Origin: Nocardioides sp.
GTDB taxonomy: Bacteria; Actinomycetota; Actinomycetes; Propionibacteriales; Nocardioidaceae
Direction: 5' to 3'
Length of the DNA stretch: 32,007 nt
Assembly (NCBI GenBank): GCA_041662925.1
Contig: JBAZRQ010000001.1
Coordinates: 1-32,007 of the forward strand
Numbering within the stretch: position 1 is the stretch's first letter; each line of letters begins with the position of its first letter. Positions 8,171 through 18,200 of the stretch are shown here, one piece after another. A program made the position numbers and the translations under genes. The notes beneath the pieces were generated by a model. It saw only the letters and a program-made list of their open reading frames with translations, was not told the DNA's origin and searched no databases.

Positions 8171-9630
8171 GACTCACCCTGGCCGTCGCCCTGGTCGCTC
8201 TCCTCGCCGCTGCTGTCGGGTCGGTCGTCCCGGCTGGGTCGCACCGGCGGGCAGAGCGCGGCGTCCACGGAGAGCTCCTCGCCCTCCTCGAACAGGTGCA
8301 GCCAGCTGTCGGGCACCACGGGGGCGTCGTAGTCGCCGAAGCCGAGGTTGTCGACCGCGTCGGTGCCGATCAGCGCATAGCTGAAACCCTTGGCGTCCAT
8401 CACGAACGGCTCGCCGACCTCGGGGTCGTGCCAGCCACCGGAGAGCACGAAGGCGCCGTGACCGGGGTCGACGGTGACCTCACGGTCGCCGGCCTCGACC
8501 TCCGCCGCGCTGGCATGCTCGCCAGGGTCCTGGACCAGGACGGCTCGTGGGAGCTCCCCCGGCTCGGCCAGCAGCTGCGCGCACTGCTCGCCGATGACCT
8601 GGGACATCACGCCGGAGGGCCAGTGGGCGTCCTCGTACGGCGCGTCCTCCTGCCGCACGTCGGGGGGCTCGCTCAGGCCGAGGTCGTCCGCGGACTCGGG
8701 CCGGATCTGGATGTAGACCGCCCGGGCGAACTCGCTCAGCTCGGCCGGACCGTCCTTGGTCAGGACCGTGAGCCTGCCCTCGATCTCGTAGTAGTCGCCG
8801 ACCTTCGCATCGCGCGGGAGCCCGCCGCGCCCGGCCTGCGGGGACGTCTCCCCCATGCGGTCGAGGCCGAAGCTCTCGAGCTTCACAGCGCCACCCGCCG
8901 GGAACAGGTCGAGCCACTCGGAGGGCACCGCGGTGGCGCTCCGCGTGATCGGCAGCCCGACGTCACGGAGCAGGTTGTCGATCCCCGGAAGCTTGGGCAG
9001 CTCGTAGCGGTAGGCCCGCGACTCCCCCTCGGTGTCGGGCGCCGAGTGCGCGACCACGTAGTGGGTGCCGCCGTTCTCGACGAGCAGACCGCTGCCGGGA
9101 GCGGGGTCGACGTCGGGCTCGGGCATGACGCTGAAACGGGTGCCGCGGTCGTCGTCGGTGCACGCGGTCCAGCCGGTCTCGATCAGGTCGCCGGTGTCGG
9201 GCACGGTCACCGGGGCGCCCAGGATGCCGATGTCGGGCCCGAGGTCCTTCTTGTCGATCTCCGCCTGCGCGACGACCTCCGGCGGCGTCGCGTCCTCACC
9301 GAGGATCAGCTGGGCCGAGGTCACGTTGATGACCGGCCGCACCTGGTGCTCGCCCTCCTCGTTGGGCTCGAGGATGACGAAGGCCGCACCCTTCTCCTCC
9401 GAGAGGATCAGGCCCGGCTGCGCCCAGTCGATGTCGTCGTCGGACTTGAAGACACCGGCGATGGCGGCACCGGCGCAGAGCAGGACCGCCAGCGCCAGGC
9501 CGCCGATGATCGTGCGACCCGGTCGCGACGGCTCCACCTCACGGCCACCCGGCGCCCCGGACACGAAGGCCGTGACCAGCCGGCGACGACTGAACGAGTA
9601 GGCCTCGACGAGGTCCTTCTTGGTGGCCAC
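8161..9630 (-). CDS. eccB: Type VII secretion protein EccB
   Basis: MATKKDLVEAYSFSRRRLVTAF N-terminus, single TM, RPVINVTSAQLIL, IGILGAP, WTAC, and VPxxWLxLFxxG repeats. Confidence 0.92.
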   Translation of the reverse strand: MATKKDLVEAYSFSRRRLVTAFVSGAPGGREVEPSRPGRTIIGGLALAVLLCAGAAIAGVFKSDDDIDWAQPGLILSEEKGAAFVILEPNEEGEHQVRPVINVTSAQLILGEDATPPEVVAQAEIDKKDLGPDIGILGAPVTVPDTGDLIETGWTACTDDDRGTRFSVMPEPDVDPAPGSGLLVENGGTHYVVAHSAPDTEGESRAYRYELPKLPGIDNLLRDVGLPITRSATAVPSEWLDLFPAGGAVKLESFGLDRMGETSPQAGRGGLPRDAKVGDYYEIEGRLTVLTKDGPAELSEFARAVYIQIRPESADDLGLSEPPDVRQEDAPYEDAHWPSGVMSQVIGEQCAQLLAEPGELPRAVLVQDPGEHASAAEVEAGDREVTVDPGHGAFVLSGGWHDPEVGEPFVMDAKGFSYALIGTDAVDNLGFGDYDAPVVPDSWLHLFEEGEELSVDAALCPPVRPSRDDRPDSSGEESDQGDGQGESCE

Positions 9631-9639
9631 CGGGAGACC

Positions 9640-11004
9640 TCAGCGCCCGACCGACTCGACGACGTCGAACACCCCGACGGCGAGGACCAGCAACGGCAGC
9701 AGGGTGAGCAGCGCAATGCTCTCGACCACGTCGCCGAACCGGCCCCGTCGTACGGACGGGGTGGCGGGGAGCAGCGTCACGACGAGCAGCACGGCGCCGG
9801 ACGCCGCCAGCACCACCGCGGCCTCCGGCTGCCACTCGGGGAACATCACGAGCAGCGAGACCGCCACGGAGGCCAGGCCGAGGATGCCGGAGACGAGACC
9901 GACGAGCACCTCGGAGCCGGTGCGGTACTGGCGGGTGCGGAGCATGACGACCAGGCAGCAGACCACCGCCAGGAGCGCGCCGAAGAGGCCGAGCGACACC
10001 GCCAGCGGGGCGATCGCGACCAGCAGCAGCCCGACCGTCCCGGAGATCGCGACCAGGATCTCGTGGGCCACCCGCGCGTCGGCCCCGACCCGGGCGGGGT
10101 CGATCTCGGCGGGGTCGGCGGTGATGTCGGCGGCGGAGAAGAGCTGGTCGACGGTCGTCCGGGTCGCGCCCAGGGCGAGCCAGGGGAACACGCTGCCGAT
10201 CATCACGACCACCGTGAGCACGACCGTGAGCACGACCGGCGGGTCGAGGTCGTCGGAGGCGCGCATCAGCAGGCCGGTGGCGAGGAACAGCGCGCCGACC
10301 ACGACCGGCGGGATGACCAGGGTGCGACCCTCGCCCAGACCGACCAGGCAGACCAGGCCGGCGATCAGCGCACCCGCCCCCGCGTAGGCGACGGGGTAGT
10401 CGAAGAAGTCGCCGTCAGGGGCGAGCATCAGGCCGGCGACGGCTGCATAGCCGGCCCCCATCCAGGCGACCGCGACCGCCGCCTCCGCCTCGTGCTGCGC
10501 CCGCGAGAGCACGATCGCCCCGGCCACGAGGCTCACGGCCACCGTGACCGCCGCGACGGCGGCAAGCAGCGACTCGCTCTGGATCAACAGGGCCACGGCG
10601 CCCAGGCCCATCAGCAGCCCGGCGGCGCTCAGGGCGGTACGGCGCCCCGAGGCCGGCTCCCAGGGCTTGAGGTCGCGCTCGACCACGTCGGTCATGGCCT
10701 CGACCACGTCGTCATAGACCCGCGGCGGCTCGTCGTCGATGCCGGCGGTCACGGTCAGGGTCACGCCGTCCTCGACGCCCTGCAGCGTCAGGCCGGAGTC
10801 GGCGGCGAGGCGCCGCCCTTCGGCCGTCACGAGGCGGTAGCCGCCGTAGACCGTGCTGGCGTCGAGGAGCCCGACGCTGCGGGCGAGCTCGGGGACCAGC
10901 TCGGCGACCGGCACGGCGCCGGGCAGCACGAGGTCGACCCGGCGGGTGCCGGACGTCACCGTCACACGCACCAGTCCCGAGGCGCCAACGGGGACCTGGC
11001 TCAT
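9640..11004 (-). CDS. eccD: Type VII secretion integral membrane protein EccD
   Basis: YukD/ubiquitin-like N-terminus (VRVTVTSGTRRVDLVLP...LTLQGVEDGVTL), VYDDVVEA, ~11 TM helices, C-terminal RRGRFGDVVE. Confidence 0.92.
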   Translation of the reverse strand: MSQVPVGASGLVRVTVTSGTRRVDLVLPGAVPVAELVPELARSVGLLDASTVYGGYRLVTAEGRRLAADSGLTLQGVEDGVTLTVTAGIDDEPPRVYDDVVEAMTDVVERDLKPWEPASGRRTALSAAGLLMGLGAVALLIQSESLLAAVAAVTVAVSLVAGAIVLSRAQHEAEAAVAVAWMGAGYAAVAGLMLAPDGDFFDYPVAYAGAGALIAGLVCLVGLGEGRTLVIPPVVVGALFLATGLLMRASDDLDPPVVLTVVLTVVVMIGSVFPWLALGATRTTVDQLFSAADITADPAEIDPARVGADARVAHEILVAISGTVGLLLVAIAPLAVSLGLFGALLAVVCCLVVMLRTRQYRTGSEVLVGLVSGILGLASVAVSLLVMFPEWQPEAAVVLAASGAVLLVVTLLPATPSVRRGRFGDVVESIALLTLLPLLVLAVGVFDVVESVGR

Positions 11005-11083
11005 CGTCTCTCCCTCAGGGTGTTCGCAGCGGATCCGAGTGCCCGGCGCAAGCGAGGCGCATGCTACCGGCCTGGGCGGCCGG

Positions 11084-12322
11084 TCAGTCGATCACACCTG
11101 GCGCCGCACCCTCGTCGTCGGTCCAGCCGTCCTCGTCGAGGAAGAGATCGCGCTTGGCGTCCTTGTCGTCGCGATCGAGCTTGCTGCCGCGGCCGCGACC
11201 ACTGGCCGCCCCCGCACCGGGTGCGCCCCGGCCTCCGGCACCGCCGGGACCACCGCGCGAGCCGCGCCCGGAGGGTGAGCCGGCCGAGCCGGCACCGCCG
11301 CGTCCGAGCGCTCCTGGCGCACCCGTCCGCCCGCCGGCGCCGATCGGGCGGGCAGGCGTCGCGCCGGCTGCCGACGCGAGTGCGCCGCGGACGGCGCCGC
11401 CGGCGAGGCCGCCGACCGCGCCCGCTGCGAGCCCGCCGGCCACGCCGGCACTCAGGCCGGACGGGCTCGTCGGGGTGACGCCGGTCGTGAGGTGGCCGGG
11501 CGGGTCTGGAGGGTTGCCCAGGGGCGGCGTCCCCTGGGGCGGAGTCGGCGGGACCGGCGGCTCCGGTGGGGGCGGGGGTGGTGGGGGTGGCGGCGGGGGC
11601 GGGGGCTGCGGTGGCTCCGGAGGCTGCGGGAAGCAGACCGGCGGGTCGGGCGGCCGGGGCGGCCGGGGTTCGTGAACGACGCCGAACGTCGCGACGTGTC
11701 CGCCGGGCTGCCGGCCGGGGCCGCCGGCCGGAGGAGCGCTGCCGCCGCCACCGGGACCATCACCGCCGCCGGGCAGGTCGTCGTCCACCGGGTCGGGGTC
11801 GCCGTGGATCTCCTTCAGCTTCTCGGTCGAGACGTCGTAGTCGGCCTCCAGGGCGGTGACGATCGCCCGTGCCTGCTGCTCCTGCTTCTCGAGCTCGATC
11901 GCGTAGTCGGAGGCACGCTGTCCGTCGCGCGCCTCTCGGTTGAGGGCCTGCTGGGGCGTCTCGTCGAGGCCCGGCCGCTCCTTCACGGGCGCCTGGGGCG
12001 CATCGGCCTCGAGCGCCGCGGCGGCCTCCTGGGCCGTGTAGATCGCGTCGCCGGCGTCGTCGAGCGCGCCACCGGCGGTGGTCATCTGGGTCGCCCGGTC
12101 GGACACTCGCGTGTGGACCACGTCGAACGCCTCCTGCGCCGCGGCTCCGGTCAGGCCCCCGAAGTGCTCGCCGATGTCGGGGCTGCACTTGGCGAGGGCT
12201 GCGGCGACGTCGCGCAGGACCTTGGCACCGTCGTGCCAGTCGGTGGCCGCGAGCCGGACGCGTTCGAGCTCGACCCCGGACAGCGCGGTCCGCAGCCGAG
12301 CGACCTGCTCTCCGTTGGCCAT
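11084..12322 (-). CDS. PPE/EspB-like T7SS substrate: helical N-terminus, Pro/Gly-rich tail
   Basis: ATG 12322 coupled (TGATG) to the upstream gene. AATDW...EHFGGLTGAAAQEAF helical hairpin, poly-Pro, Gly-rich region, acidic end LFLDEDGW...PGVID. Confidence 0.75.
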   Translation of the reverse strand: MANGEQVARLRTALSGVELERVRLAATDWHDGAKVLRDVAAALAKCSPDIGEHFGGLTGAAAQEAFDVVHTRVSDRATQMTTAGGALDDAGDAIYTAQEAAAALEADAPQAPVKERPGLDETPQQALNREARDGQRASDYAIELEKQEQQARAIVTALEADYDVSTEKLKEIHGDPDPVDDDLPGGGDGPGGGGSAPPAGGPGRQPGGHVATFGVVHEPRPPRPPDPPVCFPQPPEPPQPPPPPPPPPPPPPPEPPVPPTPPQGTPPLGNPPDPPGHLTTGVTPTSPSGLSAGVAGGLAAGAVGGLAGGAVRGALASAAGATPARPIGAGGRTGAPGALGRGGAGSAGSPSGRGSRGGPGGAGGRGAPGAGAASGRGRGSKLDRDDKDAKRDLFLDEDGWTDDEGAAPGVID

Positions 12323-12783
12323 CAGGACCCCGCCCCTTCGGTCGTCGTACCGCCGGACTCCGGACTGTCGGGGTAGGAGTCGCGGGCGCGCTGCTCCTCG
12401 CGGTCGGAGGCGAAGAAGTCGCTGTGGCTGGTCAGGATCTCCACCGCCTGCCGCTGCACGCTCAGGTCGGCCAGCGCGGTCTCGTCGGCGTCGACCACGA
12501 GGTCGACGGCGTGGGCGACACCCTGGGCGAAGCCCACGAGGTCCACCATGAAGGCATCGAGGGTCTCCTGGATCACCACCCGGGCCTTGTCGTGGTGGAA
12601 GCCGAGGAGCCCGCCCTTGTCGCCTGCACCGAAGGCGGTGACCGGGAGCGGGTCGGCGGTCATGAAGCTGCTCTTCTCGATCAGCTTCGCGCCCTCCTCG
12701 AGGGCTGCCGACACGCCTTGGATGGCCTCCTCGTTGACGTGGAGGCCCTGCAGGATCGAGACGACCTGGTTGATCATCAACAT
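12322..12783 (-). CDS. Small helical T7SS-associated protein (PE/EspC-like partner)
   Basis: 153 aa, AAGGA RBS, helix-AFG-helix layout, lies between the esx pair and the PPE-like gene. Confidence 0.7.
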   Translation of the reverse strand: MLMINQVVSILQGLHVNEEAIQGVSAALEEGAKLIEKSSFMTADPLPVTAFGAGDKGGLLGFHHDKARVVIQETLDAFMVDLVGFAQGVAHAVDLVVDADETALADLSVQRQAVEILTSHSDFFASDREEQRARDSYPDSPESGGTTTEGAGS

Positions 12784-12840
12784 GACGTGGGAGTCCTTGG
12801 CCCCTGGAAGCAGTCGGGTGAGGGAGCGGAAGAGACGGAC

Positions 12841-12875
12841 ACGAGGGGGCCGGCACCAGGTGCCGACCCCCTCGT
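12841..12875 (-). terminator. Strong hairpin after the esx pair (terminator or mRNA stabiliser)
   Basis: Minus strand ACGAGGGGGTCGGCACC-T-GGTGCCGGCCCCCTCGT is a near-perfect long stem with one G-U pair, followed by a pyrimidine-rich tail. Confidence 0.8.
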
Positions 12876-12900
12876 AGTCACGTCCGTCAGCGCTGCGAGA

Positions 12901-13197
12901 TCAGATCTCGAACTGGGCGGCACCGCGCTGGTCGGCGGCGCGGTACTCGGCGTTGGACTGGTAGACGGTCTGGCTGCTCTTGTCGAGCAGGTCCCGCATC
13001 TCCTGGATGGCCCAGTCCCACTTGGCCTTGGAGATCGCGTACTGCGACTGCGCCTGACCGACCCACTGGCTGCGCAGCGGCTCGAGCTCCGACTCGAGGC
13101 GGTTCATGCGGTCGTCGATGTCCTTGACCTTCTGGTACATGTCGGCCGCGGCCTGGTCCACAGCACCGTGGTTGACGCGGATTCCGTCGAGGTTCAT
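12901..13197 (-). CDS. WXG100 family protein (EsxA/EsxT-like)
   Basis: 98 aa, central WVG, C-terminal YRAAD (YxxxD). Confidence 0.93.
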   Translation of the reverse strand: MNLDGIRVNHGAVDQAAADMYQKVKDIDDRMNRLESELEPLRSQWVGQAQSQYAISKAKWDWAIQEMRDLLDKSSQTVYQSNAEYRAADQRGAAQFEI

Positions 13198-13225
13198 TGG
13201 TTTGCTCCTAGTCCGGTAGCGGCCG

Positions 13226-13546
13226 TCAGCCGAGCTTGTGGGTGAGGTTGGTGAAGTTGGTGCCCTGGGTGTCGTCGGTGTTGATGTTGTCGCGCTCGGT
13301 CACTCCCAGTGAGTTCTCGAACTCGTTGAGCGCGTCGACGATGACCTGCTGCTTCTCGGTCCAGGCCTGCTGCAGGGCGAAGAACGCCGTGGCGCCCTGG
13401 CCGCCCCAGCGGCCCTGGACCTGCGAGATCTGGTCGGTCAGCTGGCGGCTGATGTTGTTGAAGTCAACGCGAGCGTCGGCCACCATCCCAGCGGCACGGG
13501 TGAGTACACCTTCGCCTTGGCCGAACTCGTTGGAGTTTTCCGACAT
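13226..13546 (-). CDS. WXG100 family protein (EsxB/EsxU-like)
   Basis: 106 aa, central WGG QGATAF, strong RBS AAGGAG. Confidence 0.93.
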   Translation of the reverse strand: MSENSNEFGQGEGVLTRAAGMVADARVDFNNISRQLTDQISQVQGRWGGQGATAFFALQQAWTEKQQVIVDALNEFENSLGVTERDNINTDDTQGTNFTNLTHKLG

Positions 13547-13701
13547 GTCGCCTTCTCCTTCATGTGTGGCGGCATGTCGCCGCGCATCGTGGGTAGTTCT
13601 CGAGGTTCGTCGTTCGGGGGTGTTGCTGGTTCAGGATCTGGGTCCGTCCCGGGTCCGATCCGGACAACCACGTCTCTACCCGGCGGGTAGACCCCTAAAC
13701 A

Positions 13702-15084
13702 TCAACCTGTCAATTCCCACAGGCGCCGGAAGAGTCCGACGGCGACCACGACCGACCCCACGGCGAACGACCCGCACAGCGCCTCGGCCACCTCGGCCCG
13801 GCGCGACCACCATGCCGACCGCCACCCACGCCCGAGGGCCACGGAAGCGAGAATCACCAAGCCCGCAAGGGAAATCGCGACAATCCCGAGGCTCATCACG
13901 AAGTCGACGTCGGCGTCGGTGAGCAGGACGGCGAGCAGGAACACCCAGCACGCCAGGCCGGCGGCGCGGAGCAGGGAACGGGCCGCCACGTTGCGATAGC
14001 TGCGGGCCGTGAAAAGCAGGGTGGCGCCGGCGAAGAAGACCAAGCAGCGCGCGCCGACCCAGTCGTGGCGCTGGGTCGCGGTGTCGAGGAGCAGCGGCGC
14101 CGAGACGACCACCGTCGCCAGGATCGCCACCGACGCCGCAGTGACGATCCGGGTGCCGCGTGCGGCCACGACCTCGATCGCGTGCGGGGGTACGACGATC
14201 CGGCCACGGCGGCCGGTCGGCCGGTCGCGCGCCGACCACGCCGTGACCGCCAGGCGCTCGAGGTCGATCAGGAGCTGGTCGGGCACGTCGACGGCGAGGG
14301 TGGGCACGAACCGGGCCGCGAGCATGGCGAGCAGCAACAGCACGGTCCAGGCGACCTGCGGCCGGAAGTCGAGCAGCGCCACTGCGGTGGTGACCACGAA
14401 GACCGCGACCCCGACGACGACCCAGACCCGCAGCGCCTCCTCCGAGTGGCGGTCGAGCGCCCGGGCGACGGCCGCAGTCACCGCGGCGGTGAGGGCGGCG
14501 ACGCCGATGATGGTCGGGAGGCGCTCGGGGGCGGGGTCCCAGGCCACGACGAAGGCGGCCGAGGCGGCGAAGGCCGGCGCGGACAGGATCCGGTGGGGCG
14601 CGTAGCGACCGAACGGCAGCACACCGACGAACGCGGCGCCGGCCAGCAGCCCGACGGCGACCGAGCGCAGGTCGGAGGGCTCCTCCTGCGACGCGAACCA
14701 GCCGGCCAGGAGCGCCGCGGCCGCACAGACGCAGAACCACAGCACCGAAAGCGGTCCCGGCGCCGGGCGCGCGGCCGGGACCACCCGCTCGTCGGCGCGG
14801 CGTCGCCGTGACGCAGTGGTGGCCGGCGCCGGGGCGCCGTGCAGGAGTGCGACCAGCAGCGATCCCGAGCGCACGCCGGCGCCCTCCAACGACTCGTCGG
14901 GGTCGAGGTGGCGGCCCAGCCTCGTGAGGAGGGTGGGCACGGCCGCCATCCGCGACTGGGCGGCGTACTCGATCGCGACGTCGCCCGCGGAGGCTCCGGC
15001 CGGGACGACGAGGTCGAGGACGCCCGCCGGGCCGTGCACGCTGACTGAGAGGCCATCGGTGGTGTGCCCGGTCGACCCGCTCAC
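13702..15084 (-). CDS. Second, divergent EccD-like membrane protein
   Basis: GGGGAGG RBS before GTG 15084. Ubiquitin-like N-terminus (LSVSVHGPAGVLDLVVP...SLEGAGVRSGSLL), many TMs, C-terminal WSRRAEVAE. Confidence 0.8.
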   Translation of the reverse strand: MSGSTGHTTDGLSVSVHGPAGVLDLVVPAGASAGDVAIEYAAQSRMAAVPTLLTRLGRHLDPDESLEGAGVRSGSLLVALLHGAPAPATTASRRRRADERVVPAARPAPGPLSVLWFCVCAAAALLAGWFASQEEPSDLRSVAVGLLAGAAFVGVLPFGRYAPHRILSAPAFAASAAFVVAWDPAPERLPTIIGVAALTAAVTAAVARALDRHSEEALRVWVVVGVAVFVVTTAVALLDFRPQVAWTVLLLLAMLAARFVPTLAVDVPDQLLIDLERLAVTAWSARDRPTGRRGRIVVPPHAIEVVAARGTRIVTAASVAILATVVVSAPLLLDTATQRHDWVGARCLVFFAGATLLFTARSYRNVAARSLLRAAGLACWVFLLAVLLTDADVDFVMSLGIVAISLAGLVILASVALGRGWRSAWWSRRAEVAEALCGSFAVGSVVVAVGLFRRLWELTG

Positions 15085-15228
15085 GTCGCCTCCCCGAAGA
15101 GTCCCGGACGGGACCGCCCGGTCGCCCGCAGCGTAGCCGCTGGACGGTGTGCTTATCATCGAGCCACCGCAGCGGGAGCGGGGCCGGGCGCTCTCGGGCA
15201 CGGATGGTCTACGGCGAGGACTGATGAG

Positions 15229-18200
15229 TTGAGTACGACGCTTCGCGGGGCGCGAGTCGACGAGCCGGAGATGCCCACCGGGCAGCTGGTCCTCCAGCCG
15301 CCGCCGCAGATCCAGCCCAACGAGGGCGCGGCCGGCGTGATGATGAACGCCATCCCGATGCTCGGCAGCCTCGGCTCGATCGTGCTCGTCGCGACCATGG
15401 GCGCGCGCACCGGTGGCGGATCGCTGCGCTTCATCGCGGCCGGCATGTTCCTCTTCGCGACCGTCGGTTTCATCGTGGTCCAGATCGACCGGCAGCGGAA
15501 GCAGCGCGCCCAGCAGGTCACCGGCTCGCGCACGGAGTACCTCCGTTACCTCGGCAACGTCCGCAAGGTCGCCCGCGAGTCCGCCGACCAGCAGCGCCGC
15601 GCCCTGACCTGGCACCACCCCGACCCGGCGTCGCTCCCGGCACTGGCCGAGGAGCGCTCCCGGATCTGGGAGCACTCGACCAGCGACCCCAACTTCCTCC
15701 ACGTGCGCTACGGCCTCTGCGCCCAGCCCCTGGCCCTCGAGCTGGTGCCCCCGGAGAGCGCGCCGATCGACGAGGTCGACCCGGCCGCCGCCTCCGCCCT
15801 GCACCGACTGCTGGTCGTGCACCGCCTGCAGCCCGACCTGCCCGCCTCGATCGACCTGCGCGCCTTCGACCGCGTGGAGCTCTGCGGCGACGAGGCCGAG
15901 GCCCGCGGCCTGGCCCGCGCCATGATCTGCTCCGCCACCGCGTTCCACTCCCCCGAGCACCTCGTCGTCGCCGTGCTCTCCTCCGAGCAGCACCTCGCGC
16001 ACTGGGACTGGATCAAGTGGCTCCCGCACGCGCAGAGCACCCAGCTCACCGATGCTGTCGGCCCGATGCGGATGGTGACGACGTCGCTCGCCGACCTCGC
16101 GAGCCTGCTGCCGCCGGACCTGAGCGACCGGCCCCGCTTCGGCGCGGACGAGCGCCCGGCCACGCCTCACATCCTGCTGATCACCGACGACGCCGAGCTC
16201 CCACCCGGCAACCACGTCATCCCGCCCGACGGCCTGCACGGCGTCACCGTGCTGGACCTGCCGGCGCACTGGGGCGAGCTCGACGACCAGAGCCGGCTCC
16301 GCGTCCAGTTCGAGGACGCACCCGCCGACGGCGACGGCCGGGTGCCGGTGCTCGCGGTGCGGCTGCGCGAGGAGCCGGTCCGGGCCAAGGCCGACCAGTG
16401 CGACCTCGCCACCGCCGAGGCCTTCGCCCGCCGTCTCACGCCGCTCCACACGGTTGCCGCCGGCGCCACCGAGCCCGTCAGCGGCGAGATCACCGGTCCC
16501 ACCGACTTCATGGACCTGCTCGGGCTGGGCGACGTACGCAGCTTCGAGCCCTCCGCCGCCTGGCGTCCGCGACCGGCCCGTGACCGGCTGCGCGTACCGA
16601 TCGGGCTCGGCGAGGGAGGCGGCATGGTCCACCTCGACATCAAGGAGTCGGCCCAGCAGGGCATGGGCCCGCACGGGCTCGTGATCGGCGCGACCGGGTC
16701 GGGCAAGTCGGAGTTCCTGCGCACCCTCGTCCTCGGGCTGGCCATGACCCACTCCCCCGAGCAGCTCAACATGGTGCTGGTCGACTTCAAGGGCGGCGCG
16801 ACGTTCGCCGGCATGTCCGACATGCCCCATGTCTCTGCGGTGATCACCAACCTCGCCAACGAGCTCACGCTCGTCGACCGCATGCAGGACGCCCTGTCCG
16901 GCGAGATGGTGCGCCGCCAGGAGCTGCTGCGCGACGCCGGCAACTACGCCTCGATCCGCGACTACGAGAAGGCCCGGGTCAGCGGCGAGGACCTGGTGCC
17001 GATGCCCTCGCTGTTCGTCGTCGTCGACGAGTTCTCCGAGATGCTCTCGGCCAAGCCGGAGTTCATCGACCTGTTCGTGGCGATCGGCCGCCTCGGCCGG
17101 TCCCTCGGGCTGCACCTGCTCCTCGCCTCGCAGCGCCTCGAGGAAGGGCGGCTCCGCGGGCTGGAGTCGCACCTCTCCTACCGGATCGGGCTGCGCACGT
17201 TCAGCGCGCAGGAGTCGCGCGCGGTCCTCGGCGTACCCGACGCCTACGAGCTGCCGGCGGTGCCCGGCCTCGGCTTCCTCAAGCCCGACCCGACCTCGCT
17301 GATCCGCTTCAAGGCGGCCTACGTCTCGGGCCCGCCGTCCGGGCGGGTGCGCATCCGCCGCGACGAGGGCGGCCACCTCCAGGGCATCTTGCCGTTCACG
17401 ATCTCCGAGGTGCACAAGCTCGAGCTCCCCGACCACGAGCCCGAGCCGGAGCCGCAGGCCGAGCCCGACAGCCAGGAGACGCTGCTCGACATCGCCGTGG
17501 AGCACATGGTCGGTCACGGCCCCGCTGCCCACCAGGTGTGGCTGCCGCCGCTGGACGTGCCCGACACCCTGGACGAGCTGATGCCCGACCTCGCCGCCGA
17601 CCCCGAGCTCGGGCTGGTCTCCAAGCAGTGGCGCGCACTGGGCGGGCTCGTCGTACCGCTGGGCACCGTCGACCGCCCCCGCGAGCAGCGCCGCGACACC
17701 CTCACCATCAACCTGAGCGGCTCGGGGGGTCACGTCGCGGTCGTCGGCGGCCCCCGCAGCGGCAAGAGCACCATGCTCCGCACGATCGTGACCAGCATGG
17801 CGCTGACCACGACCCCCCAGGAGTCGCAGTTCTTCGTGCTCGACTTCGGTGGCGGCACGTTCGCGCCGATGGTCAACCTGCCCCACGTCTCCGGCGTCGG
17901 CACCCGCTCCGAGCCCGACGTCGTACGACGGGTCATGGCCGAGGTCGGCGGGATCGTCGACCGCCGCGAGGCCTACTTCCGCGCCAACGGCATCGACTCG
18001 ATCGAGACCTACCGCTCGCGCCGCGCGCAGGGCCGCGCCGACGACGGCTACGGCGACGTGTTCCTGGTCGTCGACGGCTGGAGCACCTTGCGCTCCGACT
18101 TCGACGACCTCGAGATGGAGATCCAGCAGCTCGCCTCACGGGGCCTGACGTTCGGTCTCCACATCGTCACCGGTGCGTCGCGGTGGGCCGACTTCCGCGC

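Noticed and set aside
7684-11478. 1264-aa plus-strand ORF
   Set aside because: Antisense shadow of mycP/eccB/eccD; Arg/Gly/His-rich, no motifs; typical of high-GC DNA.
11564-11605. G-rich tract as G-quadruplex or phase-variation site
   Set aside because: Fully explained by poly-Pro coding with mixed codons; no long homopolymer.
15085-17886. Apparent 1394-aa giant EccD-like fusion
   Set aside because: The extension is antisense to eccC; a good RBS plus GTG exists at 15084.
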